Part shown: one piece after another, positions 47,607 through 60,690 of the stretch
How the letters are laid out: every line of letters starts with the position of its first letter
Position numbering within the stretch: the stretch's first letter is position 1
Position numbers and translations under genes: made by a program
Notes under the pieces: model-generated
The model's input: only the letters and a program-made list of their open reading frames with translations
Databases searched by the model: none
Told to the model about the DNA's origin: nothing
NCBI RefSeq assembly: GCF_018350175.1
Contig: NC_058368.1
Span: 155,498,001-155,562,000 of the forward strand
Source of the DNA: Felis catus
Taxonomy: Eukaryota
DNA: 64,000 nt
Direction: 5' to 3'

Positions 47607-50600
47607 AAAGAAAAAAATCTTGAAAGCAGGAGGGGTAAAAAGGACAGGGAGAAAAATAATGATAGAGATGGCTGTTGACTTCTCACCAGAAATAATGGAG
47701 GTAAGAAGACAAGGAAATAACAACTTGAAAAAACTGAAAGGAAAAAAACCCCTCATCAACCTAGAACTCTATTTCCAAACAAGAAAAAAAAAAAGGCCTT
47801 TTAAAAACTAAGGTGAAATAATGTTAACTATACTGGAATTGATATAAAAAGGAAAAAAAGGTGAATTAAAGACAGTTTCAGGTAAACAATAAAAGGAAGA
47901 ATTTGCTGTCAGCAGACTTGCACTAGAAGACATGCCAGAGTAAGTTCTTTAGGCTGGAGGGAAATAACATCAGATACAACTTCAATTTATAAGATATGTC
48001 CAGCATTGGAAACGGTAGCATAAGGGCAAAAATAAAGACAAGTTCTTCTATTAATTAAAAAAAAATAGTACTGAATCTTTAATGCAAAAATTATAATGCT
48101 GTATTATGCGGTTTTAGTGTGCATGGATTTAAAACATATGACAACTATAATATAAAGGACAGGAGAATAAATGGAATTACAATGCTGTAAGGCCCTTACA
48201 TTTTATATGAAATTGTACAATATCACTTCATAGTCTTATGATAAAGATGTATAGATCAACCCTTAACCCCTAGAGCAACCATTAAAAAATAATATAAAAA
48301 GGCATATTAAAATGACCTCCAGAGCAATTAAAATACAAAAAAAGAACAAAAAAACTGGACAAACAGAAAGCAAATAGCACAAAGGGAGACACAAACAATG
48401 ATATTAATAATTATATAAAATTTAAATGGGCTAGTTACTCCAACTGAAACTAAAATTAAAAAGACTACAACACAAATGTTGGTGAGGATGTGCAGGAACT
48501 CAACTAGAACTTTCATATATTATTCGTAGGAATGTAAAATGATATAATCACTTTGGTAAAAATATTTGGCAGATTTTAATTATTAGCATTAGCACTCCTA
48601 CAATTAGCTACCGATCCAATCGACAACAAATGTCTACAAAAAGGCATGTAAGAAAATGTTCATAGAAGCTTTATTCACAATAGCCAAAAATCAGACACAG
48701 CCCAGATGTTCATCAATAGGAGAATGGATATGCAAATTGTGATATATTCATAAAATAGATACTACTTAGTAATTTAAAAAGAATGAACTACTGATACATA
48801 TAACAACTTGGATGAATCTCGATAACATTCTGTTAGGTGAAAGAAGCCAAACACGAAAAAGTTTATGCTCTAAATGGCCTTCATGTGAAGTTTAAGAATA
48901 GGCAAAACAATCTATGGAGATAGATTATAACAGGTTGCAGTGGTAAGGTGGGGAGGGAAAGGAGAACAGGCTGGAAAGAAGAAAAAAAAATGGAGGTGAT
49001 GGAAATGTTCTATATCTTTATCAGGGTAGTGGTTACAATTGGTATACACATCTTTCAAAACCCAACAGTTTGTATAATGAAGACCTGATCATTTTACTAT
49101 ATGCAACATTTATAATTAAAAAAGAAATAAAATAAAATTTAATATACTTCAAAATATAATTCACATATAAATGTAAAAATAAAGGCACCACACTTCATAT
49201 ACAAATATTTAATTTATATCATTGGATATAACTTTTTGCTTAGGACATATTTTCCATCTATGGGCAAAATCAATGGCGTACCTAGGGATTAAACCCTTCT
49301 GAAAATACTGGCTCACTGGTCTATACCAGTCCTTTGTCTTCTTCTATAGTCCTTAATGATTTAAAATTTAGCAAAAGAATATGTCTATGTTAATTAGATG
49401 GTGTTTGGTAACTCTATCTCAAAAAGATGAACTCATCTACTAAATTGAAGAAAAGTCTAAAATTACGGTTAAGAAGATTGCAAAATCACCTCATCTGTTT
49501 ACAAGATGGTGACATTCTCATTATGTATTCTTGGTGACTCTCCAAGTAGAGAACTTATCAGATCAACAGGGTGTTATGTTCAGCATTTACAGGTAATAGA
49601 CAGTTCTGGTTCTTAACAACTTGTCAATGACAAAGACAGTACTATAAGAGCACTTTATCACTACAGGATTTGCAAAGCTTCCAGAGAATGTTACAAATTA
49701 TAGTCCCAAAAGGACAGTTCAGTAAAAATTCACCAACCCTTTTTATTACATAGACTACTAATATGAGTCATTACATCCCAAGGCAGCAGAACTAATGGGC
49801 ATATAATAATAATTTAAGCTCTGACATTTTAACAAAATATATGACAATAAAGTAACAAAAACAGGCAATAGACCTAATGTTTTCCAAGGATAAAAGGAGA
49901 AAATGTAGTGTTTTTTGAGTTGATTCAAAAAGTATTTGAAGTTCAAATATAGTCTGCTACCAAGTGGCCTCACTCAAGAGATGTTTTAAATGGCTCTTAA
50001 GTAACTGGAGAATCCTAGTCTGACAGGACTTAGTAAATTAATGTTCTTCATTTTTCTCCTGGTTTTAGAAGAGGAAATGGGAAGAAGTAGTTTTGACTAT
50101 CATTGGCTTCTCCTCCAAGTAGAAATGCTTATTACATTGGTTTAAAATCACTTGATTTAAACTAATGTTTAATAATCAGGATGATAATTTTCAGTACCAT
50201 AAAATAAATCCAACCATTTATTACAGAACAATTTCTTACATGAAAAAACGACCCGAGTTTCTGTCTTCTTTCAGTACAATATTGGTTGCTGTCAGAGTTG
50301 GAAAAAAAATTATATTGAAGAATCTTTAGGAAATTTGTTGAACACATTTAGGAAAATAACAGATTAACTGTAATTTCAAATAGTTTCGTATATATTTTAT
50401 GGAGAGGACTGTGCTCTATATCTGTTGGTGTAATGGCATAATGACTGGCATAATGATTGCTGCATTTATTAAACATTTAACTTTTCTTAAGTTTTTTCTC
50501 TGGACCTCTGGTTTTGTGGGATGCCAACAGCTGTTGATTCAAGGTTCTGTTCAAAGTTTAGGGAAGCTCCTTACTGCAGTCTTTCTCAAAGGCATCAGTG

Positions 50601-50638
50601 TGCTAATGTGCACTGTGACAGACAGAAGGGAGGATTTC

Positions 50639-50751
50639 CTTTTCTTTTTCATTTTTTTTTTAAAGATTTTAAGTAATCTCTACACTCAACGCGGGGCTCG
50701 AACTCACAACCCCAAGTTGTATGCTCCACCAAATGAGCCAGCCAGATGCCC
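50639..50751 (-). mobile_element. short tRNA-like Can-SINE with TSD
   Basis: TSD cagaagggaggatttc at 50623-50638 and 50752-50767. Confidence 0.9.
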
Positions 50752-50929
50752 CAGAAGGGAGGATTTCAGTGTGCACTATCTTCCACACATGTGTGAACAA
50801 TGAGTTTTCTTGGGACAGTTTTGTGGACTTTTACTTCAAAAAACACACTTTGGAAAATTTAGGTCTAGAGGCAATATAGGTATGAAGTAGAGCTGTATAG
50901 CAGGTTGAAAAAACAGGAGAGAAAAGTGA

Positions 50930-51023
50930 GAGAGCAAATACTGGTTTAAGCCACATATTTCTAAGTACTCATTTTCTTAAATGTAAAATGCTATTTACTA
51001 GCTGTAACCTTGGGCAAGTTCTT

Positions 51024-51074
<51 letters not shown>

Positions 51075-51190
51075 TCTCATCTGTAAGAATGGGACTAATA
51101 GCAAGAATACCTACTTTGCAATTTGTGATGAGAACTGAGTATGATGTATGCCAAGTACAAGTACAGTGGCTGCCACATAATCCTGCTTGA
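50930..51190 (+). mobile_element. MIR remnant containing a (CT)n microsatellite (51027-51068)
   Basis: tttactagctgtaaccttgggcaagttctttaatctctc...ctcatctgtaagaatgggactaatag. Confidence 0.8.
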
Positions 51191-51544
51191 AAAATGACAG
51201 CAACTAGTATTATTTGAGTATTTTGGTACAACCAACATGAACTAGAGGCTTTCTTTTGATTACATAGGAAAAAAAAAAAAGACATTCATTCCCATTTTAG
51301 CCCATTCTCCTACTTTCACAATACTAATTACCAAGTGAAAGGTTCTGAGAAGACCTGCTCATAAGAAGCCTGCTTATTATCTTTACTGAGCCCAGCATTT
51401 ACGTTTGACCAAAGGAACCTGCTGACCACTGGAGCATTTGGCACTACAGTTTCCACAGAAAAATCCAGTTTTTTTTGTATAGCACTTGGTAACTTCTGGT
51501 TTATCTTCACATATACTATCAGATTCTATCCTTATAATAAACGA

Positions 51545-51830
51545 GTGAGGTTAGCAGGGCAGAAGCTGTTATCTCTAAATTATGGACATGGAAACTGAGG
51601 CCTAGAGGAGTTAAATTGTGAACTGCCTAAAGTCACAGGATTGGCAAGTGGCAGTGGTTAGACTCAAACTCATGTTTTTGGCTTTCGTGTCAGTATGTTG
51701 AGGATATGAATGAATGAGTAACTCAGGGGCCTCTGATTTTGCATTTTAGGATAATTTAGTTCAGTTTAATAAACATTTATTGAGTTGCTCCTATATGCTA
51801 GGCAGCGTGCTAGGTGTGAATGAGACACTT
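51545..51830 (-). mobile_element. MIR and L2 remnants
   Basis: gaaactgaggcctagaggagttaa..aaagtcacag; aataaacatttattgagttgctcctatatgctaggca. Confidence 0.6.
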
Positions 51831-52699
51831 CTATTTTTGTTCTTGAATAACTAGTGGTATTCAGAAAATCAGAAAACAGAAAAGAAAAAAAAGAAAACTA
51901 GTGATTCTAAATAGTTTTCTAGGGTTGTGACCTCCTTGATATGCTTTTTGGTATTTAGTTTCCCAGAAGTTCACCAGAGGAGAGTTGATGGTGACCATGG
52001 CAAGGACTTTGTGTTAAGAGTGAAAAGCTGAAGAAATCCTCCTGTGGTGAAGGGAGTCCTTCGGTGTTCATTCAGTCACCAATAGTACGCCATCCAGTAA
52101 TGGCGAGGACTGTGGAAGGATTTGCTATGGTTTCTGTAACACTTAGTTTGAAATACCTTCCCTTCTTTGTGTGTGTATTTCCTACCTCAACAGATCACAG
52201 AAACGTACTTTCTACTTTAGAATGCTTAGCTGTTGGAACATCACCTGAAAAATATATCTTTCCTTTATTTGGTATCATTATATTTCTATGGTATTGTCTT
52301 TATTCCTTTTAGCACCCTCATATTTTCCCAAATTTATTACTTATCTTGACAACCTGTTCAATGGTTAATGCCTGTTTGTCCACAGAATTACTTGAAGATG
52401 CTCTTGGCATGAGAACCCTCAATTAAAAAAAAAAAAATCAGTCCCACCTTGATAACTGCAAAACTTTTATCATCACCACTTTGCTGTTTAGAAACTTTCC
52501 TTTTAAAAATCATTGATTAGTTTTCTGACTGAATTTGAGATCCATTTTTCTGTTCTTACTCCTGCAGCCCTCTGTTGCTAAAAGACACTGTTGGTTACTT
52601 TCTCACTGATGTGTTAGTCACAGCATCAGATTTATAATCCTATCAACTTTCTGACTACTTCTTTTTAACTACTTCCTCCTGAAAGTATTTATTTGTAGC

Positions 52700-52950
52700 T
52701 ATCAGTATAGTAGAAAGTACATCGGCCTTGCAGACATAACCCCTGGGCACCTGGATGGATTACTCCCGAACTTTACAATTCTGTGCAAATCACCAGGCTG
52801 AGACTCAGTTTCTTCACATACAAAATGAAGTTAATAATAGTACCTATTTCACATCATTGTTCTTGAGAACTCCAGGAGATGATATATGTGAAAGTATTTT
52901 ATTCATTCTCAAGAGTCATCCAAATGGAAATAATAATTGCCATTAATATT
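52700..52950 (+). mobile_element. MIR remnant
   Basis: ctgagactcagtttcttcacatacaaaatgaagttaataatagtacctat. Confidence 0.6.
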
Positions 52951-53000
52951 AAATGGAAATATTAACCTGAATAATTAACATTCAGATATATGAGGGTTTT

Positions 53001-53886
53001 AAAAACGTTTTAATTTTAATTCCAGTTAGTTAACATACAGTGTTATATTAGTTTCAGGTGTACAATATAGTAATTCAACACTTTCATATATCACCCTGTG
53101 CTCATCACAACAAGTGCATCACTTATTTAACCCATCCCCCCATCCACCTCTCCTCTGGTAACCATCAGTTTATTCTCTCTAATTAAGAGTCTGTTTCTTG
53201 CTTTATCTCTCTATTATTTTTTCCTTTGCTTGTTTGTTTTGTTTCTTAAATTCCACATATGAGTGAAATCATATAGTATTTGTCCTTCTCTGACTTATTT
53301 CACTTAGTATTATACTTTCTAGCTCCATCCATACTGTCGCAAAAGGCAAGATTTCATTCTTTTTTATGGCTGATTAATTTTCCATTATACATATATAAAC
53401 ATACATCGATACACATACATACATATACATATATATACACCTATACATACATGTTTGTATATCACATCTTCTTTATGCATTCATCAACTGATGGACACAT
53501 GGGTTGTTTCCATATCTTGGCTACTGTAGATATTGTTGCTATAAACATAGGGGTTTATGCATCCCTTTGAATTAGTGTTCTTGTACTCTTTGGGTAAATA
53601 CCTAGTAGCACAATTGCTGAATCATGAGGTAGTTCTATTTTTAATTAAAAAAATACTTTATTTATTTTGAGAGAGAGCGAGCATGTGCATGAGCATGGAA
53701 GGGGCAGAAAGAGAAAGTGAGAGAGAGAATCCCAAGCAGGCTCCACACTGTCAGTGCAGGGCACCGACACGGGGCTCGATCTCATGGACCGTGAGGCCAT
53801 GACCTGAGATGAAATCAAGAGTTGGTGGCTTAATGACTCAGCCAACCATGTGCCCCTATTTTTAACTTTTTGAGGAACCTCCACAC
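53001..53886 (-). mobile_element. 5'-truncated carnivore L1 (L1_Carn-type) with a nested SINE
   Basis: Reverse 3'UTR ttccagttagttaacatacagtgtt.. plus the ORF2 end; degenerate TSD cagatatatgagggtttt 52983-53000 / cagatgtatgagattttt 53887-53904. Confidence 0.88.
53645..53854 (-). mobile_element. Can-SINE nested in L1
   Basis: TSD ctatttttaa at 53635-53644 and 53855-53864. Confidence 0.9.
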
Positions 53887-53999
53887 CAGATGTATGAGAT
53901 TTTTATGTTCTTTACTCTCCAGATACATTCCAAGAGCTTGTTTTTTTAATATTATCATGTGCATATATTATAAATGATTATATATAATATACATTTATA

Positions 54000-54046
54000 T
54001 ATATAGATATATAGATAGATAGATAGATAGATAGATATAGATATAT
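54000..54046 (+). repeat. (GATA)n/(TA)n microsatellite
   Basis: atatagatatatagatagatagatagatagatagatatagatata. Confidence 0.85.
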
Positions 54047-54509
54047 AAAATATATAAAGTGGAAAGTGACTTGAACCAATTTATAGGACAGCTTTATAGT
54101 TATGATCTACCAGTAATAGAAAACTTAATGCTTTCTCTCTTATCCATTTAAACATGGTGCCACTTCAAATATCTCTATTTAAGCCTAGAGTCGACATGTG
54201 ATTTTTGTTTTCTTCCTGACCAGAACTTGATTCTCCTTACATACCTCAGGGAATACCACGGTATGTAAGTGGCGGTAATGAACAGGTGGGAAGTTTCACC
54301 TTTTACATTTAGTGACCAATGCACAAGGGAAGGGGCAGCAAATGTGGTTGGACTAGTCTATTTCCATCACTTCTCCTAGAGAAAATGACTCTGTGGGGAT
54401 GTCACATTGCTCTGCGGTAAAAAGAAAGGCAAGCTGTTTTCAAACAGTTCAATGGTAGGCAGGAGCAGTAGGACCAAGCAGCCTCAAAAACAGAAAGCAA
54501 TTAGCTAAA

Positions 54510-54800
54510 GGAGAGTCACAGGGCCCCCTCACTTTCTGCCCAGCCACTCTTCAACCCATTATCTTCTTAAATGTTTGTCATAACCCAACACAACACTTAG
54601 CAACTGAAATCATGTGTTTTTTTTATTTACTAGTTTTTTTGGCTTGCTTGTTAATTGTCTGTACATTCTGACCAAAATGAAAGCTCTCTCAGGTCAGGAA
54701 CTCTGCTATATCTGCTGCTGTGTAACACCACAGTGACTAGAACAGTGCCTGGCACATATCCAGTGTGCAATAAACACGTGTTGATTGATGGACTGACTGG
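54510..54800 (+). mobile_element. L2 3' end
   Basis: actagaacagtgcctggcacatatccagtgtgcaataaacacgtgttgattga. Confidence 0.7.
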
Positions 54801-56590
54801 TAAAGTCTTTTGAAATAATTAGGAACTCAGTAAATGCTGAATTGAATTAAAAATGAAATAAGGACATTTTCTCACACTCAAAGAATATACTATGATGAAA
54901 ACATTCAAAAATTATTTAAGTGTTTTTCGAAAAAATATAGGTGCTAGGGTCCAAATACTAAAAATGATAAGATAATGCAGGTTTTTCTTCTAATCTGCTG
55001 ATAGGCCTACTATTCTCAGTAACTCAATCCTTTGAGTAAAATGATCATAAAAAATGATTGCTAAAAGCTTCTTGAAATACAAGAAACATAACTTTAACTG
55101 TGTATTTGGTTAAAAACTGAATTTTCTGCTGCTTCATGGCTTTTGTATTAATAGGACTCTCACTAAAGGAACTATTTCTATGCCATAGAAATAATTTTAA
55201 GGAGTCATGTACTATTCACATTTATCTTGGAAAAGTATGGTAAAAAGAAAACAGATGACACTGTTCATCATTTTAATCTTTAACATATTTTTACATTTAA
55301 ATAGATTTTGAAGAAAAACACAAATGTAACAGCCTACACATTTTTCTTTTGTTTCCCCCCAAAAAAGAAAAACCAACACTATCTATAACACTATATGGCA
55401 GATTTTTTTTGAAATTTGAACACTATATGCCACTATATGGCAGCTTTAAGCCCTTGAATAATAACTTACATGGCACAACAAAAACAAAACAAACAAAAAT
55501 TTATACCATCATTTAGTCCAAAAATTTTCTAAGTGCCTATATGCCAGACATTGATGGATAGTAGCATATAAAGAAAAACAAGACACAGGGCTCATCCTAG
55601 AGATTACAGTTCTAATACCCCTTTGGAGGTATCCAAGATATATCTGCCTTATTCCAAACCGTACTTTATGGTAAATTTCATTAAAATGAACTCCAAATGT
55701 TATGTGAAAAGTTGTATTTGGATGCATAAATTCTGCCTATAATGAAACTGACATTACAAACTTTCTAATTAGACTGAGAGACTATTTCTACCATACTGTA
55801 ACTTCAGCAAAGTAAAATAATATAGAGAGACCCTCTGCTAAAAACAATAGTAACTACATTTGCTATACAATGCATACTGTTTTCTTTAAAAATGATGCTT
55901 ATTTCTTAATAGATTTTTACTAAATAAATGGCTATTATCTACATTAGATAAGTATGAGGATCTGTATAACTTTTTCTCTGTAAAGACTGAATGGCCATCT
56001 TTGGTTACAGTAAAGTCATATTAAGTTGTGGTAAAAATTAATGCAGTCTCCTGTAGGAACCTCATCACTGAGTCATAATTTAATGTTATATTACAGGCAT
56101 TAATTTTATTCTATTTTTTTTTCTCCATTCTCTCCTCACAGGCTTTTACTGGTCATCAGTAAAAAAGTTAACAATATCAGGAAGACAAATTAAGGAAACA
56201 ATCCTATTTTCAATCCCATCAAAAAGAATAAAATACTTAATAATAAATGTAACCAAGGAGGTAAAAGAACTATACACTGATAATAAAACATTGATGAAAG
56301 AAATTGAAGACATACGTAAATGGAAAGGTATTTCATGATCATAAATTCAAAGCATTGACATTGTTAAAATGTCCATAATTTTGAAAACAATCTACATATT
56401 CAATGCAATCCCTATCAAAATTCCACAGAATTTTTCACAGAACTAGAACAAACAGTCCTAAAATTTGTATGGAACCATAAAAGATTCCAAAAAGCCAAAG
56501 CAATCTTGAGAAAGATAAACAAAGCAGGGGGCATCATACTTCCTGATTTCAAACTATATTACAAATTTGTAGTAGTCAAAAGTCATTATG

Positions 56591-57984
56591 TGGCACAAAA
56601 ACAGACACATAGACCAATGGAATAGAATAGAAACCCCAGAACTAGACCCACAAACGTATGGCCAACTCATCTTTGACAAAGCAGGAAAGAACATCCAATG
56701 GAAAAAAGACAGCCTCTTTAACAAATGGTGCTGGGAGAACTGGACAGCAACATGCAGAAGGTTGAAACTAGACCACTTTCTCACACCATTCACAAAAATA
56801 AACTCCAAATGGATAAAGGACCTAAATGTGAGACAGGAAACCATCAAAACCTTAGAGGAGAAAGCAGGAAAAGACCTCTCTGACCTCAGCCGTAGCAATC
56901 TCTTACTCGACACATCCCCAAAGGCAAGGGAATTAAAAGCAAAAGTGAATTACTGGGACCTTATGAAGATAAAAAGCTTCTGCACAGCAAAGGAAACAAC
57001 CAACAAAACTAAAAGGCAACCAACGGAATGGGAAAAGATATTCGCTAATGACATATCGGACAAAGGGCTAGTATCCAAAATCTATAAAGAGCTCACCAAA
57101 CTCCACACCTGAAAAACAAATAACCCAGTGAAGAAATGGGCAGAAAACATGAATAGACACTTCTCTAAAGAAGACATCCGGATGGCCAACAGGCACATGA
57201 AAAGATGTTCAGCGTCGCTCCTTATCAGGGAAATACAAATCAAAACCACACTCAGGTATCACCTCACGCCAGTCAGAGTGGCCAAAATGAACAAATCAGG
57301 AGACTCTAGATGCTGGAGAGGATGTGGAGAAACGGGAACCCTCTTGCACTGTTGGTGGGAATGCAAATTGGTGCAGCCGCTCTGGAAAGCAGTGTGGAGG
57401 TTCCTCAGAAAATTAAAAATAGACCTACCCTATGACCCAGCAATAGCACTGCTAGGAATTTATCCAAGGGATACAGGAGTACTGATGCATAGGGCCACTT
57501 GTACCCCAATGTTCATAGCAGCACTCTCAACAATAGCCAAATTATGGAAAGAGCCTAAATGTCCATCAACTGATGAATGGATAAAGAAATTGTGGTTTAT
57601 ATACACAATGGAATATTACGTGGCAATGAGAAAAAATGAAATATGGTCTTTTGTAACAACGTGGATGGAACTGGAGAGTGTGATGCTAAGTGAAATAAGC
57701 CATACAGAGAAAGACAGATACCATATGGTTTCACTCTTATGTGGACCCTGAGAAACTTAACAGGAACCCATGGGGGAGGGGAAGGAAAAAAAAAAAAAAA
57801 CAGGTTAGAGTGGGAGAGAGCCAAAGCATAAGAGACTCTTAAAAACTGAGAACAAACTGAGGGTTGATGGGGGGTGGGAGGGAGGTGAGGGTGGGTGATG
57901 GGTATTGAGGAGGGCACCTTTTGGGATGAGCACTGGGTGTTGTATGGAAACCAATTTGCCAATAAATTTCATATATATAAAAAA
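56591..57984 (+). mobile_element. young 5'-truncated felid L1 (L1_Fc-like): ORF2 C-terminus, 3'UTR and polyA
   Basis: About 385 codons of ORF2 in one frame ([14 protein letters not shown]...[18 protein letters not shown]...), broken only by a TGA at 57110-57112 (likely CGA>TGA); AATAAA at 57961; TSD aaaagtcattatg at 56578-56590 and 57985-57997. Confidence 0.95.
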
Positions 57985-59353
57985 AAAAGTCATTATGGTA
58001 TTGGCATAATGACAGATATATAGATCATTAGAACAGAACAGAGAACCCAGAAATAAATCCATGCATATATGGTCAAAACTTTTTGACCAAGGGGTCAAGA
58101 ATATACAATGGGGAAAAGACAGTCTCTTCAATAAATGGTGTTGGGAAAATGGACAGCCACAAACAAAATAATGAAACTGGATCCCTATCTTATGCCGTAC
58201 ACAAAATGGATTAAAAACCTGAACATAAGACCCGAAACAGTAAACCTTCCAGAAGAAAACATAGGGGGTGAGCTCTTTGACATTGGTCTTGGCAATGATT
58301 TTTTACTTTACCAAAGCAAAGGTATCAGAAACAAAAATAAAGAAGTGCAACTATATCAAACTGAAAAGCATGTGCACAACAACAACCACCCAAAAAACAA
58401 AGGCCAAACAAATAAACCATTAGCAAAATGAAAAGGCAACATACAAAATGGGAGAAAATATTTGCAAATTACATATGTGATAATTAGGGGTTATGAAAAG
58501 GTCTGAATACACTAATCAACAGGGAAATGCAAATCAAAACCACAATGAGGCAATAGGTCACACCTGTTAGAATGACTATCATCAAAAAGACAAGAGATAA
58601 AAGTGTCGGCCAGGATGTAGAGAAAAGGGAACGCTTGTGTACTATTGGGAGGAATATAAATGTAAACTATGGAATACAGTATGGAAGGTCCCCAACAAAT
58701 TAAAAGTAGAACTACCACGTAATCCAGTAATCCCAATTCTGGGTATACATCCAAGGAAAATGAGAACAGGATATTGAAGAGATATCTGGACTCCCATGAT
58801 CACTGAAACATTGTTCACAATAGCCAAAATATGAAAATAACCTAGGTGTCCATCTATAGATTAATGGATAAAGATATATATATATATATATGTACAGGGG
58901 ACCATCATTCATTCAGCCATGAGAAAGAAGGAAATCTAGCCATTAGCAACAACATGAGTGGACTTTGAGGGCATTATGCTAAGTGAAACAAGCCAGGCAG
59001 AGAAAGACAAATACTGGTATCACTTATAAGTGAAATCTATAAAAAGTCAAGCTCATAGAAACAGAGAGAAGAAAAGTGGTTGCCAGGGACTAGGGTTGGG
59101 GGAAATAGGGAGAGGTCGGTAGAAGGATACAAACTTTCAAAAAACAATTGGATGAATAAGGTCTGAGGATCTAATGTATAACATGGTGAGTATAGTTGGT
59201 AAGAATGTATTATGTAAATGAAATTTGCTGAGAGTAGAACTTAAATACTTTTACCAGAAAAAGATAAATATTCAAGGTGATGGATATGTTAATTAACTGG
59301 ATGAAAGGAATCCTTTTTACTATGTGTATCAAATCATCATGATGTACAATTTA

Positions 59354-59578
59354 TTACTTTTTAAAAAGTTTATTCATTTATTTTGAGAGAGAGAGAGAGC
59401 ACATGTGTGTGCACACAAGTAGGGGAGGGGCAGAGAAAGAGGGAAAGAGAATCCTAAGGAGGCTCGTGCTATCAGCATTGAGCCTGACAAGGGGCTCGAT
59501 CTCACGAACACGTGTTATCATGACCTGAGCCAAAATCAAGAGTCGGAGGCTTAACCAACTGAGCTACTCAAGCACCCC
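59354..59578 (-). mobile_element. Can-SINE nested in the L1 3'UTR
   Basis: TSD catgatgtacaattta 59338-59353 / catgatgtacacttta 59579-59594. Confidence 0.9.
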
Positions 59579-59998
59579 CATGATGTACACTTTAAATGTC
59601 TTAGAATTCTGTCAACTATAAATAAATAAAGCTCAATAAAGCTGAAAAAAATAAAACTAAAATATTAAAAAAATCAACAGTATAGTACTAACTCGATTTT
59701 CTATAAACATGTTCATGGAAGATTTGGCCCATTATGTTAGTCAGTGTTTCTTGGATAAGAATCCACGTAGTTTCATTTCATTTTAATTTCAACCAATATT
59801 TTTTTCTAGGAGCTGGGGATATGGTGATTAACAAGACAGATGTGGTCACTGATTTCAAGGAGTTTACAATCTAGTGGGGGAAGAAGACACTAAAATAATT
59901 TCATAAATAACCATTTGTTTACAAGTAAATATGTGATTACTTTGTTATTAATTGCAAGGAAATGATCTTTTCAGAAAAGTATATACACTTTTGCTTTT

Positions 59999-60690
59999 TT
60001 TAAAATTTAATTTTTTTATTTGTATTTTTTTAATTTTATTTTTTATTTTTTTAAAATTTACAGGCAAATTAGTTAGCATATAGTGGAACAATGATTTCAG
60101 GAATAGATTCCTTAGTGCTCCTTACCCATTTAGCCCATCCCCCCTCCCACAATCCCTCCCATAACCCTCGTTTGTTCTCCATATTTATGAGTCTCTTCTG
60201 TTTTGTCCCCCTTCCTGTTTTTATATTATTTTTGTTTCCCTTCCCTTATGTTCATCTGTTTTGTCTCTTAAAGCCCTCATATAATGAAGTCATATGATAT
60301 TTGTCTTTCTCTGACTAATTTCACTTAGCATAATACCCTCCAGTTCCATCCACGTTGTTGCAAACGGCAAGATTTCATTCTTTTTGATCACCGAGTAATA
60401 TACCATTGTATATATATACCACATCTTCTTTATCCATTCATCCATCGGTAGACATTTGGGCTCTTTCCATACTTTGGCTATTGTTGATAGTGCTGCTATA
60501 AACATTGGGGTGTATGTGTCCCTTCGAAACAGTACACTTGTATCCCTTAGATAAATGCCTAGTAGTGCAATTGCTGGGTCGTAGGGTAGCTCTATTTTTA
60601 GTTTTTTGAGGAACCTCCAGACTTTTTTCCAGAGTGGCTGCACCAGCTTGCATTCCCACCAACAACGCAAAAGAGATCCTCTTTCTCCAC
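59999..60690 (-). mobile_element. 5'-truncated felid/carnivore L1
   Basis: ORF2 C-terminus on the minus strand ([20 protein letters not shown]), 3'UTR and T-rich tail; TSD at 59982-59998 and 60691-60707. Confidence 0.92.

Larger units (their letters stand above)
45620..49140 (+). mobile_element. old, heavily deleted L1 (5'/ORF1 region through 3'UTR) carrying nested SINEs
   Basis: ORF1-like decayed peptides (LELASQNFKTTIINMFKNLKE; MAVDFSPEIMEVRRQ), ORF2 C-terminal remnant 48470-48860, and 3' end gatggaaatgttctatatctt..ggttaca. Confidence 0.8.
56165..59665 (+). mobile_element. older L1 (L1MA-type 3'UTR) hosting a young L1 and a SINE
   Basis: Decayed ORF2 at 56165-56590 and 57998-59040, then 3'UTR gtggttgccaggga..gaggatctaatgtataacatggtga..aataaagctg. 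Confidence 0.88.

Noticed and set aside
56588..57751. L1 ORF2 ORFs as functional genes
   Set aside because: 5'-truncated, lacking the endonuclease and RT domains and a promoter, with an in-frame stop.
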